NCBI GenBank assembly: GCA_965224085.1
Contig: CBDCYI010000004.1
Span: forward strand, 1,632,001-1,696,000
Reading direction: 5' to 3'
Source: Candidatus Marinacidobacterales bacterium
GTDB lineage: Bacteria; Acidobacteriota; Vicinamibacteria; Marinacidobacterales; SMYC01
DNA: 64,000 nt
The notes beneath the pieces are model-generated. The model searched no databases. It was not told where the DNA came from and saw only the letters and a program-made list of their open reading frames with translations. Positions 30,101 through 39,985 of this stretch are shown here, piece after piece (position 1 is the first letter of the stretch; each line of letters starts with the position of its first letter). The translations under genes were made by a program, and so were the position numbers.

Positions 30101-33100
30101 GAGCAAACCGCCGCGCTCCATCAGCAGTTTCTGAAAGGCCAGGAGTCGGCCCAACGCACGCTTCAATCCCTCGTCGAACAGCAGCAACGCCTTGTCGAGC
30201 AGCGGCTGGGCCTGACGCCATCATCTCTGCCGCGAGCCGAATCTGTTCCAGGGCCCGTGCTGGTTCCTGTGACGCCAGTTCAAGCTGCGGCTCCAGTGGC
30301 GGTCCCGGAAAGGCAGGTCGAAACGCCTGCAGCCGCTTCTGAAACGGAAGCGAACGTGCCTTCCGGTCCTACCGATATCGACGCCAGTAAAGTGGAAGGT
30401 GTTCTCCTCGAGGTCGTCGCGGAGAAGACGGGATACCCGGTCGACATCTTGAATCTGGACATGGAGATGGACTCGGACCTAGGCATCGACTCCATCAAGC
30501 GCGTGGAAATTCTCTCTACGTTGCAGCAGCGCATTCCCGAGTCGCCGCCCGTGGGCCCGGAGCACCTCGGCGCCCTGCGCACTCTAAGACAGGTCGTGGA
30601 TTTCCTCACCGAAGACCGCGGGAACGCTTTCCCTACGGAAGCAGCGAAGACGTCGACGGACGCGAAGACGAATGCCGACACACCGGCGTCGGCGCCCGCA
30701 GTGGATTTCAAAATCAGCTCGAATGTTTTGGCGGCCGTTTCGGCCAAGACAGGATTTCCGGTGGATTCACTCCACATGAACATGGATCTCAACTCGGACC
30801 TGGGTATCGATCGCGTCAAGCGTGCGGAGATCTTCTCCTTCCTCAGAGACAAGACACCCTCGATGCCCGACATTGCCAATGGCATCATCAATTCCTGGCG
30901 AACGTTACGTAACGTGGTGGACACGCTGTCGGACGCGACGAAGACTTACACTTCATCGAGTCCGCCGACGGTAGACGTGGACGAACCGGTGTGCTCTCGG
31001 GCCCGGACGCCGCAGAGAAGCGTGCTCACGGTCACATCCTTGGACGAAGCGGCGGCGCGCAAGAAGCTATCTCTGACTACTGACGCCGTCATATGGATCT
31101 CGCGTGACGATTCCGGCCTCTCGGCAAAGGTCGCCGATCGGCTGGAGGCGCGGGGTCATAAGACCCGTCTAGTCGATCTCGAAGACGCGGCATCCCTGGG
31201 ATCACCGTCTGCGCTGGCCGGCCTCGTCGTGGTAGGCCCGATGAGTCCCGACAGCGACCAGTTTCTTGCGCAATCCCTAACGCTCTTGAGTCGCGTTGCC
31301 CCTGCGCTGCGCCGGTGTGGCCGCGATGGAGGGTCGGTCTTCGCTACCGTGTCTCGTCTGGACGGCGCGTTTGGATTGAACGCCATGGGTCCCGAGATGC
31401 GGGCTTCGACCGGCGGACTGGCCGGTCTCACCAAGACGGCCAGCATCGAGTGGCCTGAAGTGCACTGCAAAGCCTTGGACGTTGCGCCGGAGACCCCTGA
31501 CTTGGCCGACGGTATCGTGGACGAGGTCCTCCACGGAGGGCCTCTCGAAGTGGGACTCACGAAAACGGGTCGCGTCACTTTGGAGCTCTCGCCCTGCACC
31601 ATCATTGCCGAGGACGCGTCCTTCGAGCTCGGTGAGGACGACGTCATTGTTCTATCGGGTGGAGCCCGAGGTGTGACCGCCGCGGCGGCCCGGGAGCTAG
31701 CCCACACTTTTGGATCGAAGCTCGTGCTTCTCGGGAGGAGTCCAGAGCCCACCGCCGAGCCCGAGTGGCTTCGAGGTCTTACCGCCGAAGCGGACATCAA
31801 GAAGGAGATCGTAGCCCGGGCCCGCGCCGGCGCCTCTCCCAAGCGAGTTGAGGAAGAGTACGCACGCCACATGGCGAATCGCGAGATTCAGCAGACGCTC
31901 GACGATTTAGCGAGGACGGCCGGACACGTCGAGTATCGCGCGGTGGATGTCCGCGACACCCGAGCGGTGCGCAACGTCCTTGCTCACGTTCGCACGAAGC
32001 TCGGACCCATCACCGGTCTCGTACACGGCGCTGGTGTGCTCGCGGATCAACTCATCGAGCAGAAGACCGCGGAGCAGTTCTCCCGGGTCTTCGGGACAAA
32101 GGTCGTCGGCATGACCGCCCTCCTGGACGCGGTGGAGGTCGACGCCCTCAAGTTTGTGGTTTTGTTTTCGTCGTCCACGGCTCGCTTTGGTCGCAAAGGT
32201 CAAGTGGACTATGCCGTGGCCAACGAAGTGCTCAACAAGACCGCGTGGCAGCTGGCCGCGAGGATTCCTTCCGCCCGGGTGGTTTCCGTGGGTTGGGGTC
32301 CTTGGGACGGTGGGATGGTCACGCCCGCCCTGTCCAAAGTGTTCCATGCCGAGGGTGTGGGACTCATCGATCTTCAAAAGGGCAGCCGCGCCCTGATCGA
32401 TGAGATTCGCCATGGTAGCCGGGACGCCGTAGAGGTCGTGATGCTCGCGACTCCCTCTAACACGATGGATGAGTCGACTTGGAACGGGAACTTGAGTGTC
32501 GCCTTCGAGAGGGACGTCGGTGTGAAGCAGGTGCCGATGCTGAAGGATCACGTATTGAATGGCCACGCGGTCGTTCCCATGGCTCTGATGGTGGAGTGGA
32601 TGGCCCATGGCGCCTTGCACAAGAATCCGGGACTTCGCTTCCACGGATTCGATGAGCTCAGAATGCTCAAGGGGCTGATCTTGGATGCGGACGAAACCCG
32701 CAGCACCCAGGTCCTCACCGGCAAAGGCGTCAAGAAAAACGGCGCGGGCGCCCTTAGCGTTCCCGTAGAGATTCGCAGCACCGGCGCCGACGGCAAGAAG
32801 CACCACCATGCCCGGACCCATATTCATCTGGCGTCCCGTCTGCCCAAGCCTGCCGTCCCCCTGCTGAGCGCTAACACCCGTCCCTACCACCGGCCCAGCG
32901 ACGAGATCTATCGCGACCTTCTCTTTCATGGGCCCGCTCTGCAGGGGATTAGAGAGGTGAAAGGCCTTTCCAGTGATGCCATCATCGCCCGCACCGGCCC
33001 AACGGTTGCTCCTCCCCGTTGGATAGACGAGCCCTTCCGAAGCGAATGGCTCGCCGATCCGTTGGCGCTCGACGTCGCTTTTCAACTGATGATCGTGTGG

Positions 33101-33349
33101 AGCCGCGAGATTCACGGAGCGGCTTCCCTACCGACTTTTGCGGGGCGCTATCGTCAGTTCAGAAACTCTTTTCCAAAGGACGGTGTCTCCGTCGTGATCA
33201 AGATCAACGAGAACGGAAACCGTTTAGCCCGGGCCGACATGGATTTCATCGATGGCGAGGGCGGTCTCGTGGCTCGTCTCGAGGACTACGAATGCGTTTT
33301 GGACAACTCCCTCAGCGAGGCGTTCACCCGCAATCGGCTTTCAGTCTAG
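27092..33349 (+). CDS. pfaA: PfaA-like iterative PKS: KS-MAT-ACP-ACP(inactive)-KR-DH
   Basis: DAACASS, EAHATGT, GHTK (KS); GHSYG and AFHS (malonyl AT); LGIDSIKRVE (ACP); GGARGVT (KR); HVLNG...LFHGP (DH); GGAGGA RBS before GTG 27092. Confidence 0.93.
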   Translation: MSSNGRMKQEPLAIVGMACLFPRADNVEAYWANLKNGVDAITDIPSTHWNVKDFFDEDPKATDRTYARRGGFLSPVAFDPLAFGIAPNDLEATDTTQLLGLMVAQKALEDAGYGEKGSFDRDRASVILGVTGTLELAIPLGARLGHPLWRRALKQAGVVDDVADTVVQKISDGYVDWQEKSFPGLLGNVVAGRIANRLDLHGTNCVVDAACASSLGALHLAGLELAAGRSDMVLAGGMDTFNDIFMYMCFSKTPALSPTGDCRPFDKSADGTIIGDGLGVLVLKRLADARKDKDIIHAVIRSVGSSSDGTGTAVYTPLARGQAKALREAYAAAEISALSIELVEAHATGTKVGDATEVTSLCAVFREADDDGKWCALGSVKSQLGHTKAAAGVAGVMKVALALKHKVLPPTLKVTEPLDVLSNGSSPFYVNTTKRPWLSSADHPRRAAVSAFGFGGSNFHCVVEEAEAAKAAPDFDGETVLLAFSADTREALLSAAKAFPSDRRGNELRKLAARARSAFRHEAAERLTLATEPTLLGKCLEGATALLKRATDKSSWTTPDGAFYGTGAPDGSLAFLFPGQGSQYVGMLRDLACQFPELLDSLNQAGKPLSDIIYPHPAFDEETKRDQERALRATDAAQPAIGAVSVGTLGALQRFGLEPAAVAGHSYGELVALHAAEVLDARTLADLSTLRGKLMGEGKGDRGAMLAVESDESTIETILAEDDLALVVANKNAPAQFVLSGPTDEVQKATEALERRGIRCKRLPVSAAFHSALVAEASEPLATELRRLDIRTPRRKVYANTTGETYPDEPEAIAALLAGQLARPVEFAAEIRAMHRDGARFFLEVGPGSRLTGLVQSILENEEHVAQALDASSGKRSGALDLARVLARASAYGFHVDWSQWDPEASLLLTSSDDAEPALTVTISGANYVKPKKKEEAPIPSSCAKATAKTPANMSRQPPEPVKPRKPVENNEPLMAASSSGNVILHDALRMTQENMAALQKMQEQTAALHQQFLKGQESAQRTLQSLVEQQQRLVEQRLGLTPSSLPRAESVPGPVLVPVTPVQAAAPVAVPERQVETPAAASETEANVPSGPTDIDASKVEGVLLEVVAEKTGYPVDILNLDMEMDSDLGIDSIKRVEILSTLQQRIPESPPVGPEHLGALRTLRQVVDFLTEDRGNAFPTEAAKTSTDAKTNADTPASAPAVDFKISSNVLAAVSAKTGFPVDSLHMNMDLNSDLGIDRVKRAEIFSFLRDKTPSMPDIANGIINSWRTLRNVVDTLSDATKTYTSSSPPTVDVDEPVCSRARTPQRSVLTVTSLDEAAARKKLSLTTDAVIWISRDDSGLSAKVADRLEARGHKTRLVDLEDAASLGSPSALAGLVVVGPMSPDSDQFLAQSLTLLSRVAPALRRCGRDGGSVFATVSRLDGAFGLNAMGPEMRASTGGLAGLTKTASIEWPEVHCKALDVAPETPDLADGIVDEVLHGGPLEVGLTKTGRVTLELSPCTIIAEDASFELGEDDVIVLSGGARGVTAAAARELAHTFGSKLVLLGRSPEPTAEPEWLRGLTAEADIKKEIVARARAGASPKRVEEEYARHMANREIQQTLDDLARTAGHVEYRAVDVRDTRAVRNVLAHVRTKLGPITGLVHGAGVLADQLIEQKTAEQFSRVFGTKVVGMTALLDAVEVDALKFVVLFSSSTARFGRKGQVDYAVANEVLNKTAWQLAARIPSARVVSVGWGPWDGGMVTPALSKVFHAEGVGLIDLQKGSRALIDEIRHGSRDAVEVVMLATPSNTMDESTWNGNLSVAFERDVGVKQVPMLKDHVLNGHAVVPMALMVEWMAHGALHKNPGLRFHGFDELRMLKGLILDADETRSTQVLTGKGVKKNGAGALSVPVEIRSTGADGKKHHHARTHIHLASRLPKPAVPLLSANTRPYHRPSDEIYRDLLFHGPALQGIREVKGLSSDAIIARTGPTVAPPRWIDEPFRSEWLADPLALDVAFQLMIVWSREIHGAASLPTFAGRYRQFRNSFPKDGVSVVIKINENGNRLARADMDFIDGEGGLVARLEDYECVLDNSLSEAFTRNRLSV

Positions 33350-33368
33350 GCGGTCTAATTTCCTTCCG

Positions 33369-36300
33369 ATGAAGCCCCCCATCGCCGTGGTCGGTATGGG
33401 CGGGATTTTTCCCGGAGCGCCGGACCTCGATCGCTTTTGGGCCAACATCGCCGCCGGCGTGGATGCTTCACGGGAAGTGCCTCCCGATCGCTGGGTTCTG
33501 GATTCCGCTCGGGCTCATGACCCTGAAGTCGGCGCAGCGGACAAGGTGTACTCCACTAGAGGATGCTTTGTTGAGGACTTCCATCTGGACATGCGCGATC
33601 TGGATCTGGATCCAGATGTCGTTGCCGCGCTCGATCCTCTCTTTCACTTGGCGCTCCACGCTTGTCGGCAGGCCGTTGAAGACGCTGGGCTTGGCAAGGG
33701 TAGCCGCGAGCGCGTCGGCGTCGTTATCGGGAACATTGCCCTGCCCACCGACAGCTCTTCGAACATAGCGCGGGAGATCCTCGGCCGAACTTTTGACGAG
33801 AGCACCGGCAACCGGATGGCGTCCGGAGAGCTCGGCCGCACCCATCCTCTCAATCGCTATGTCGCGGGTCTCCCTGCAGGGGTGATGGCCAAAGCCCTGG
33901 GGCTCGGTGGCGGAAGCTGCACGTTGGACGCCGCGTGTGCCTCGTCGCTCTACGCTCTGAAGCTCGCTTCGGATGATCTGATCTCCGGGCGCTCGGACGC
34001 CATGGTCGCCGGGGGGGTGTCTCGTACCAACTGTCTCTATACTCAAATGGGGTTCTCCCAGCTGCGTGCCCTTTCCCCTTCCGGTCGCTGCTCGCCGTTC
34101 GATCGCACGGCCGACGGCCTCGTCGTGGGAGAAGGCGCCGGGATGTTGGTTCTCAAACGCCTGAGCGATGCGCTCAGGGACGGAGACCACATTCACGGCG
34201 TCATCACGGGCATCGGTCTTTCCAACGACGTGGAAGGCAAGCTTCTGGCGCCGAGCACCGAGGGACAGCTCAGGGCCATGCGGCCGGCCTATGAGCAGTC
34301 GGGTTGGTCACCGCAGGATGTCGATCTCATCGAGTGCCACGCCACCGGCACACCGGTGGGCGACGCGGTTGAGCTCGAGAGCTTGAAAAAGCTCTGGGCC
34401 GGGCAGGATGGGCCGTGCGTTATCGGCGGTGTGAAGTCCAACGTGGGACATCTGCTCACTGGGGCCGGCGCCGCGGGATTCATCAAAGTTCTTTTGGCGA
34501 TGAAGGCGCGGACCCTTCCGCCCACGGCCAACTTCTCCCGAGCCGGATCGAAAATGGATCTCGAGGCGAGCCCTTTCAAAGTGCTCGCCGAGGCGCAGCC
34601 CTGGGAGACGCGGGATAGAGCGACTCCGCGCCGCGCCGCCGTAAGCGCTTTCGGCTTTGGCGGCATCAACGCCCACGTGTTGGTCGAGGAATGGACGGGA
34701 AGCATTGAGGATAGCAGCCCTGTCGAAACGCCGGTGGTGCGCGGAGACGCGCCGGTGGCGATCGTCGGCATGGACGCTCACTTCGGATCGATCGCATCCC
34801 TCACGGCCTTCGCGGAGCAGGTGCTCGGCGACGAACGTCGGGATCCGCAGAAGAACGGTTTATGGTGGGGCGTTCAGGAGTCTTCCTGGTTCAAGGACCG
34901 TGGACTCTCGGCAGCTGACTTCAAAGGCCACTTCATGGGCGAGCTCTCCCTGCCCCTCGACCGGTTTCGGATACCTCCGTTGGAGCTCGAGGACATGCTT
35001 CCCCAGCAGTCGTTGATGCTCGCCGTCGCCAAGGGCGCCATGGACGATGCGGGTCTTGGCTCCGAAGAGAAACTCTCGACCGGGGTCTTTGTCGGCATCG
35101 GGTTGGACCTCAACACGACGAACTTCAACTTCCGATGGTCGGTGCTCGCTTCGGAGAAGGCGGAGCGAAACGCTCTTGCCGACGCTGCCGGTCCACCTCT
35201 CACGGCCAACCGAACGATGGGTGCGCTGGGTGGCATCGTTGCGAGCCGCTTGGCTCGGGAGTTCCGCATCGGTGGTTCGAGCTTCACTCTGTCCAGCGAG
35301 GAGACCTCGGGCATCAAGGCGCTTCAAGCAGCGGTGCTGGCGCTCTCGACCGGAAGTGTTCATCAGGCCCTCGTGGGAGCGGTGGATCTCGCCGGTGACG
35401 TAAGGGCCGTCTTGGCGGCTCACGAGGCGCGGCCCAAGGGACAGCGTGGGACACCCCTCCTCGGTGAAGGCGCCGCAGCTTTCGTGCTCAAGCGTCTCGA
35501 GGACGCCGAGGCCGACGGTGATCGGATCTACGCAGTGATCAAAGGCTCGGGAAGCGCCACCGGTGGTGGCGTCGAGACAACCGTGCCCACCGATCGTGCC
35601 TATGAGTCGGCGCTCCGCCGAGCGTACGAAGAATCGGGCATCGTCCCCTCCTCCGTGAGCTACATCGAGACCCATGGCAGCGGCATTCCTTGTGAGGATA
35701 GGGCCGAAAAATCCGCCTTAGCTACACATTTTGCTAGACATTTTCAGTCTCTGGTGGAGCGGCCCGCCACGGGTAGCGTCAAGAAAGATATAGGTCACGC
35801 TGGCGCTGCGTCTGGGATGGCATCCCTTACGAAAACCGCGCTCGCGCTCTACAACCGCGTGCTCCCCGGTCCCGCTCGTCCCTGGTTGAGAAACAGGGCC
35901 GAAGGGCCCCGCCGAGCTGGGGTCAGCGGCATGAGTGTCGACGGAAACTGCTGTCATGTCGTGCTGGAAGAGTACGCGCCGGAAAAGTATCACGAGCCTC
36001 TAGGCAGCGCACGAGCTATCGCGCCGACGACCGACGCCCTCTTCGCTATCGAGGCGGATGATGATGCAGGGCTCGCTGCAGAGAGCCGCCGACTCACGGA
36101 CTGGTTGGACTCACAGTCTGCCAACCATGCCGACGACGACGATGCCCGAATACTGGCGGCTCGCTGGCATCACGACAACCCGCTGCAGCCCGCCCGCAAG
36201 CTCGGCCTTGCCGTGGTCGCCGAACGAAGCTCCGACGTCGGCGACCTGCTTCGGGGTGCCGACGAGACACGGATCTTCGAGAGCAAGAAACCCTTAGCGA

Positions 36301-39300
36301 ATGAAGGTAGCCTTGCTTTTGTCTACCCGGGTTCGGGAAATCACTACCACGGCATGGGGCGTGAGCTCGCCTTGCGTTTTCCCGAGATCCTTCATCGTCA
36401 CGACCGCGAAAACCGCTTCTTGAAGCGGCAGATGGTGCCCGAATGGTTTTGGGGCGCTCGGCCTCCTGAAGATTTTGACGAAAGCCACCACGCTCTTATC
36501 TTCGGCCAAGTTACCCTCGGAACATTGGCCACCGATGTCATGGAGTCCTTCGGGGTTCGCCCCGATGCCGTCATTGGATACAGCCTTGGCGAGTCGGCGG
36601 CCCTGTTCGCCACTCGAACTTGGAAACAGCGAGACGAAATGCTCGCGCGCATGGAAACGTCGTCACTTTTTGTGAGCGACTTGGCCGGTCCTTGCGAGGC
36701 CGTCAAGCGCTCTTGGGGGCTTCCGAACGGTTCTCCCGTGGACTGGTTCGTCGGCGTAGTGGACCGCCCGGCCCGAACCGTGAAGGCCACCTTGCGAGAA
36801 CACGAGCACGTTTACCTGTTAATCATCAACACCCAGGATGAATGTGTCATCGGGGGTGACCGTTCCGCGGTGACGAGATTTGCCTCGTCCCTGGGAGCAA
36901 GTCTCGTTCCCATCAACGGCGTCACCACCGTTCACTGCGAGGTGGCCGGCGAAGTCGAGAAGGCGTATCACGACCTCCATCTCTTCGAAACAACGCCACG
37001 TGATAGCATGCGCTTCTACTCGGTGGCCGGGGGCGGGACTCATGAGGTCACCCGGGAGACGGCGGCGACGTCCATCACCCGCCAGGCCCTTGACGGATTC
37101 GATTTTCCCGCCGTGGTTCACAAAGCCTACGCCGACGGCGTGAGGATATTCGTCGAGATGGGACCTGGTGCTTCCACCAGTCGGATGATCGATAGCATTC
37201 TTCAGGACGAGCCGCACCGCGCCGTCTCGGTGAACGTCCAGGGCCAAGGCGAAGTCAATGCGCTGCTCCGAGGCTTGGCCACGCTCATCGCTGAAAGGGT
37301 CCCCATCGACTTGGGGCCCCTATACAAAGGGCTCGTCGCGTCAGACGAGACGAGGAGCCGCAGTCGATCCCTGAAAGTCACGGTAGGAGGCCGGCCTTTC
37401 ACGGCGCCTGCCCTCATGAGTAAGCGCGTAGTCTCAGGGCGGGCGACGCCGGCCACGCCGCTGTCCGGTGTGGGCGTCGACGTCATTCGGGGGCTCCACC
37501 AAGCGGTGGTTCGTACCGGGGAGGCCCATGGCACCTACTTGCGCGTGAGCAAAGGCCTTCAGGACGCGGTGGCCAAGAACCTTCTCTTTCAAAACCGATT
37601 GCTCCAAAGGATGGGCGATGGCCCGTTGACGATCGCGCCGGCGCCGGCGTCGACCTTGGATCGAGACGCCTGTTTGGAGTTCGCCATCGGCTCCATCGCC
37701 AAAGTCCTCGGTCCCGATTTCGCGCCGGTGGATAGCCACCCCACCCGAGTGCGCCTTCCCGCCGAGCCCCTGATGCTCGTCGATCGCATCATGGAAATCC
37801 ACGGTGAGCCGAGATCCATGAGTCACGGCCGGGTGGTGACCGAGCATGACATTTGTCCTGGAGCCTGGTACCTCGATGGCGGCCGTATCCCCACATGCAT
37901 CGCTGTTGAAGCCGGCCAAGCAGATCTGTTTCTGTCAGCCTACTTGGGCATCGACTTCGTTACCAAAGGTGCCGCCGTCTACCGTCTCCTGGACGCCGAG
38001 GTTACTTTCCATCGAAGTCTTCCCGGGGCCGGCGAGACCATTCGCTACGACATCGCCATCGACCAGTTCTTCAGACAAGGCGACACCCACTTGTTTCGCT
38101 TCAACTTCGAGGCCACGGTGGATGGGGAGCTCTTGCTGAGCATGAAGAAAGGATGCGCGGGGTTCTTCAACGCGGAAGAGCTCGCCGCCGGCAAAGGCAT
38201 CGTTCATTCGCAAATGGACCTCAGACCCCAGCCCGGTGTGCGGTCCGACGACTGGCGTCCGCCTTCTGGATTGGCGGGGATGGGGTTGGTGGAGTCCTAC
38301 GACGACGACGCGATCCAGGCCCTCTGCGACGGCCATCTCGCGGCGTGCTTCGGTGACGCTTTCGCGAACTTGCCCGTGGAAAATCCAGCTACCATTCCCG
38401 GCGGCACCATGAAGCTCTTGGATCGGGTGCTTCATCTCGATCCTCAGGGCGGAAGGTTCGGGCTGGGAATCATCAGGGCCGAGGCGGACATCCACCCCGA
38501 CGCGTGGTTCTTGACTTGCCATTTCAGCGATGACAGGGTCATGCCCGGCACGCTCATGTACGAGTGTTGTCTCCATACATTGCGTGTCTTCCTTCTGCGC
38601 ATGGGGTGGGTGGCTGCCGGGGATCGCGTGGCCTACCAGCCCGTGCCCGGCATCGCCAGCGGGCTGAAGTGCCGCGGCCAAGTGATTCGGTCCACAGACA
38701 AGGTCCAGTACGAAGTCTCTTTGAAGGAGATCGGATACTCGCCGAAGCCCTACGTCATCGTGGACGCCCTCATGTACGCCGACGGAAAGGCCATCGTAGA
38801 GATCACGAACATGTCTCTCCAGCTCGACGGTGTGGATCAAGAGTCGCTCGAGAGAACATGGGTCCTCGGTTCAGGCGGTACGGGCGTCCGTGGCGGGAAA
38901 CCGGCGATCTTCGATACGGATCGCATCACCGCCTTCGCCATCGGCAAGCCTTCAGAAGCTTTCGGTGAGCCCTACAAGGTGTTTGACGGGGAACGGGTCA
39001 TCGCGCGTTTGCCTGGCCCTCCTTACCAGTTCCTCGACCGCATCACCGAGATCGAAGCCGAGCCCTGGAAGCTCGAAGCCCGCGGTGTCATCGAGGCGCA
39101 GTACGAGGTTCCCCGGGACGCTTGGTACTTCGACGCCAACAACCAGGACACCATGCCGTTCGCGGTGCTGCTGGAAGTGGGCCTTCAGCCCTGCGGTTGG
39201 CTGGCGGCTTATCTGGGCTCCGCGTTGACGAGCGAGATCGATCTCTCGTTTCGTAACCTTGGAGGCCAAGGTGTGCAGCATGTTCCGGTCACGCGCGACA

Positions 39301-39983
39301 CGAGTGTCCTGAGCACCACGGTGAAGATCACGCGCGTCTCCCAGTCGGCGGGCATGATCGTGCAGAACTACGACTTCGAGATCCGCTCGGCGCGGGGGCC
39401 GGTCTACACCGGCGACACCTATTTCGGCTTCTTTTCCAAAGAGGCCTTGGTCAACCAGGTCGGCATCCGCGACGGCAATCCCTACGCTCCCACCGACGAC
39501 GAGCGGCGCCGTGCACGGGCCTTTTCGGTACCCCGAAAAGCGCCTTTTCCCGATGAACCGTTTCGGATGGTAACGGAGGTGGAGCTCTTCGTCCCCGATG
39601 GGGGCCCGAGAGGCCTCGGTTTCGTGCGCGGTACGACGACGGTGAACCCGGAGGCCTGGTTTTTCAAGGCCCACTTCTATCAAGACCCCGTGTGGCCAGG
39701 GTCCCTGGGATTGGAATCCATCATCCAGCTCATGAAAGTCTTTGCAGTAGAACGATGGGGAGAACCAGCCGACGGCCGTCTCGAAGCCATGATCCCCGGG
39801 TGCGAGCATAGCTGGCTGTACCGCGGTCAGGTCATTCCCACCGACGAACGCGTTGTCATCGATGTCGGGGTCACCGCTATCGATGATCCGAAACACATCG
39901 TCGAGGCCTCCGGCGCGCTTTCGGTGGACGGCCGTCTCATCTACGAAGTGACCGGTTTCAAGCTAGCCTGGGGCGGCGAGTAA
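33369..39983 (+). CDS. pfaBC: PfaB/C fusion: KS-CLF-AT-FabA-like DH domains
   Basis: KS DAACASS and ECHATGT; CLF with E in place of the Cys (LSSEETSG); AT GYSLGE; CHFSDDRVMPG and AHFYQDPVWPG FabA-type sites. Confidence 0.9.
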   Translation: MKPPIAVVGMGGIFPGAPDLDRFWANIAAGVDASREVPPDRWVLDSARAHDPEVGAADKVYSTRGCFVEDFHLDMRDLDLDPDVVAALDPLFHLALHACRQAVEDAGLGKGSRERVGVVIGNIALPTDSSSNIAREILGRTFDESTGNRMASGELGRTHPLNRYVAGLPAGVMAKALGLGGGSCTLDAACASSLYALKLASDDLISGRSDAMVAGGVSRTNCLYTQMGFSQLRALSPSGRCSPFDRTADGLVVGEGAGMLVLKRLSDALRDGDHIHGVITGIGLSNDVEGKLLAPSTEGQLRAMRPAYEQSGWSPQDVDLIECHATGTPVGDAVELESLKKLWAGQDGPCVIGGVKSNVGHLLTGAGAAGFIKVLLAMKARTLPPTANFSRAGSKMDLEASPFKVLAEAQPWETRDRATPRRAAVSAFGFGGINAHVLVEEWTGSIEDSSPVETPVVRGDAPVAIVGMDAHFGSIASLTAFAEQVLGDERRDPQKNGLWWGVQESSWFKDRGLSAADFKGHFMGELSLPLDRFRIPPLELEDMLPQQSLMLAVAKGAMDDAGLGSEEKLSTGVFVGIGLDLNTTNFNFRWSVLASEKAERNALADAAGPPLTANRTMGALGGIVASRLAREFRIGGSSFTLSSEETSGIKALQAAVLALSTGSVHQALVGAVDLAGDVRAVLAAHEARPKGQRGTPLLGEGAAAFVLKRLEDAEADGDRIYAVIKGSGSATGGGVETTVPTDRAYESALRRAYEESGIVPSSVSYIETHGSGIPCEDRAEKSALATHFARHFQSLVERPATGSVKKDIGHAGAASGMASLTKTALALYNRVLPGPARPWLRNRAEGPRRAGVSGMSVDGNCCHVVLEEYAPEKYHEPLGSARAIAPTTDALFAIEADDDAGLAAESRRLTDWLDSQSANHADDDDARILAARWHHDNPLQPARKLGLAVVAERSSDVGDLLRGADETRIFESKKPLANEGSLAFVYPGSGNHYHGMGRELALRFPEILHRHDRENRFLKRQMVPEWFWGARPPEDFDESHHALIFGQVTLGTLATDVMESFGVRPDAVIGYSLGESAALFATRTWKQRDEMLARMETSSLFVSDLAGPCEAVKRSWGLPNGSPVDWFVGVVDRPARTVKATLREHEHVYLLIINTQDECVIGGDRSAVTRFASSLGASLVPINGVTTVHCEVAGEVEKAYHDLHLFETTPRDSMRFYSVAGGGTHEVTRETAATSITRQALDGFDFPAVVHKAYADGVRIFVEMGPGASTSRMIDSILQDEPHRAVSVNVQGQGEVNALLRGLATLIAERVPIDLGPLYKGLVASDETRSRSRSLKVTVGGRPFTAPALMSKRVVSGRATPATPLSGVGVDVIRGLHQAVVRTGEAHGTYLRVSKGLQDAVAKNLLFQNRLLQRMGDGPLTIAPAPASTLDRDACLEFAIGSIAKVLGPDFAPVDSHPTRVRLPAEPLMLVDRIMEIHGEPRSMSHGRVVTEHDICPGAWYLDGGRIPTCIAVEAGQADLFLSAYLGIDFVTKGAAVYRLLDAEVTFHRSLPGAGETIRYDIAIDQFFRQGDTHLFRFNFEATVDGELLLSMKKGCAGFFNAEELAAGKGIVHSQMDLRPQPGVRSDDWRPPSGLAGMGLVESYDDDAIQALCDGHLAACFGDAFANLPVENPATIPGGTMKLLDRVLHLDPQGGRFGLGIIRAEADIHPDAWFLTCHFSDDRVMPGTLMYECCLHTLRVFLLRMGWVAAGDRVAYQPVPGIASGLKCRGQVIRSTDKVQYEVSLKEIGYSPKPYVIVDALMYADGKAIVEITNMSLQLDGVDQESLERTWVLGSGGTGVRGGKPAIFDTDRITAFAIGKPSEAFGEPYKVFDGERVIARLPGPPYQFLDRITEIEAEPWKLEARGVIEAQYEVPRDAWYFDANNQDTMPFAVLLEVGLQPCGWLAAYLGSALTSEIDLSFRNLGGQGVQHVPVTRDTSVLSTTVKITRVSQSAGMIVQNYDFEIRSARGPVYTGDTYFGFFSKEALVNQVGIRDGNPYAPTDDERRRARAFSVPRKAPFPDEPFRMVTEVELFVPDGGPRGLGFVRGTTTVNPEAWFFKAHFYQDPVWPGSLGLESIIQLMKVFAVERWGEPADGRLEAMIPGCEHSWLYRGQVIPTDERVVIDVGVTAIDDPKHIVEASGALSVDGRLIYEVTGFKLAWGGE

Positions 39984-39985
39984 CG

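Noticed and set aside
27092-39983. Modular antibiotic-type PKS
   Set aside because: KS-CLF pair, FabA-type DH domains and a PfaD partner indicate an iterative PUFA-type synthase
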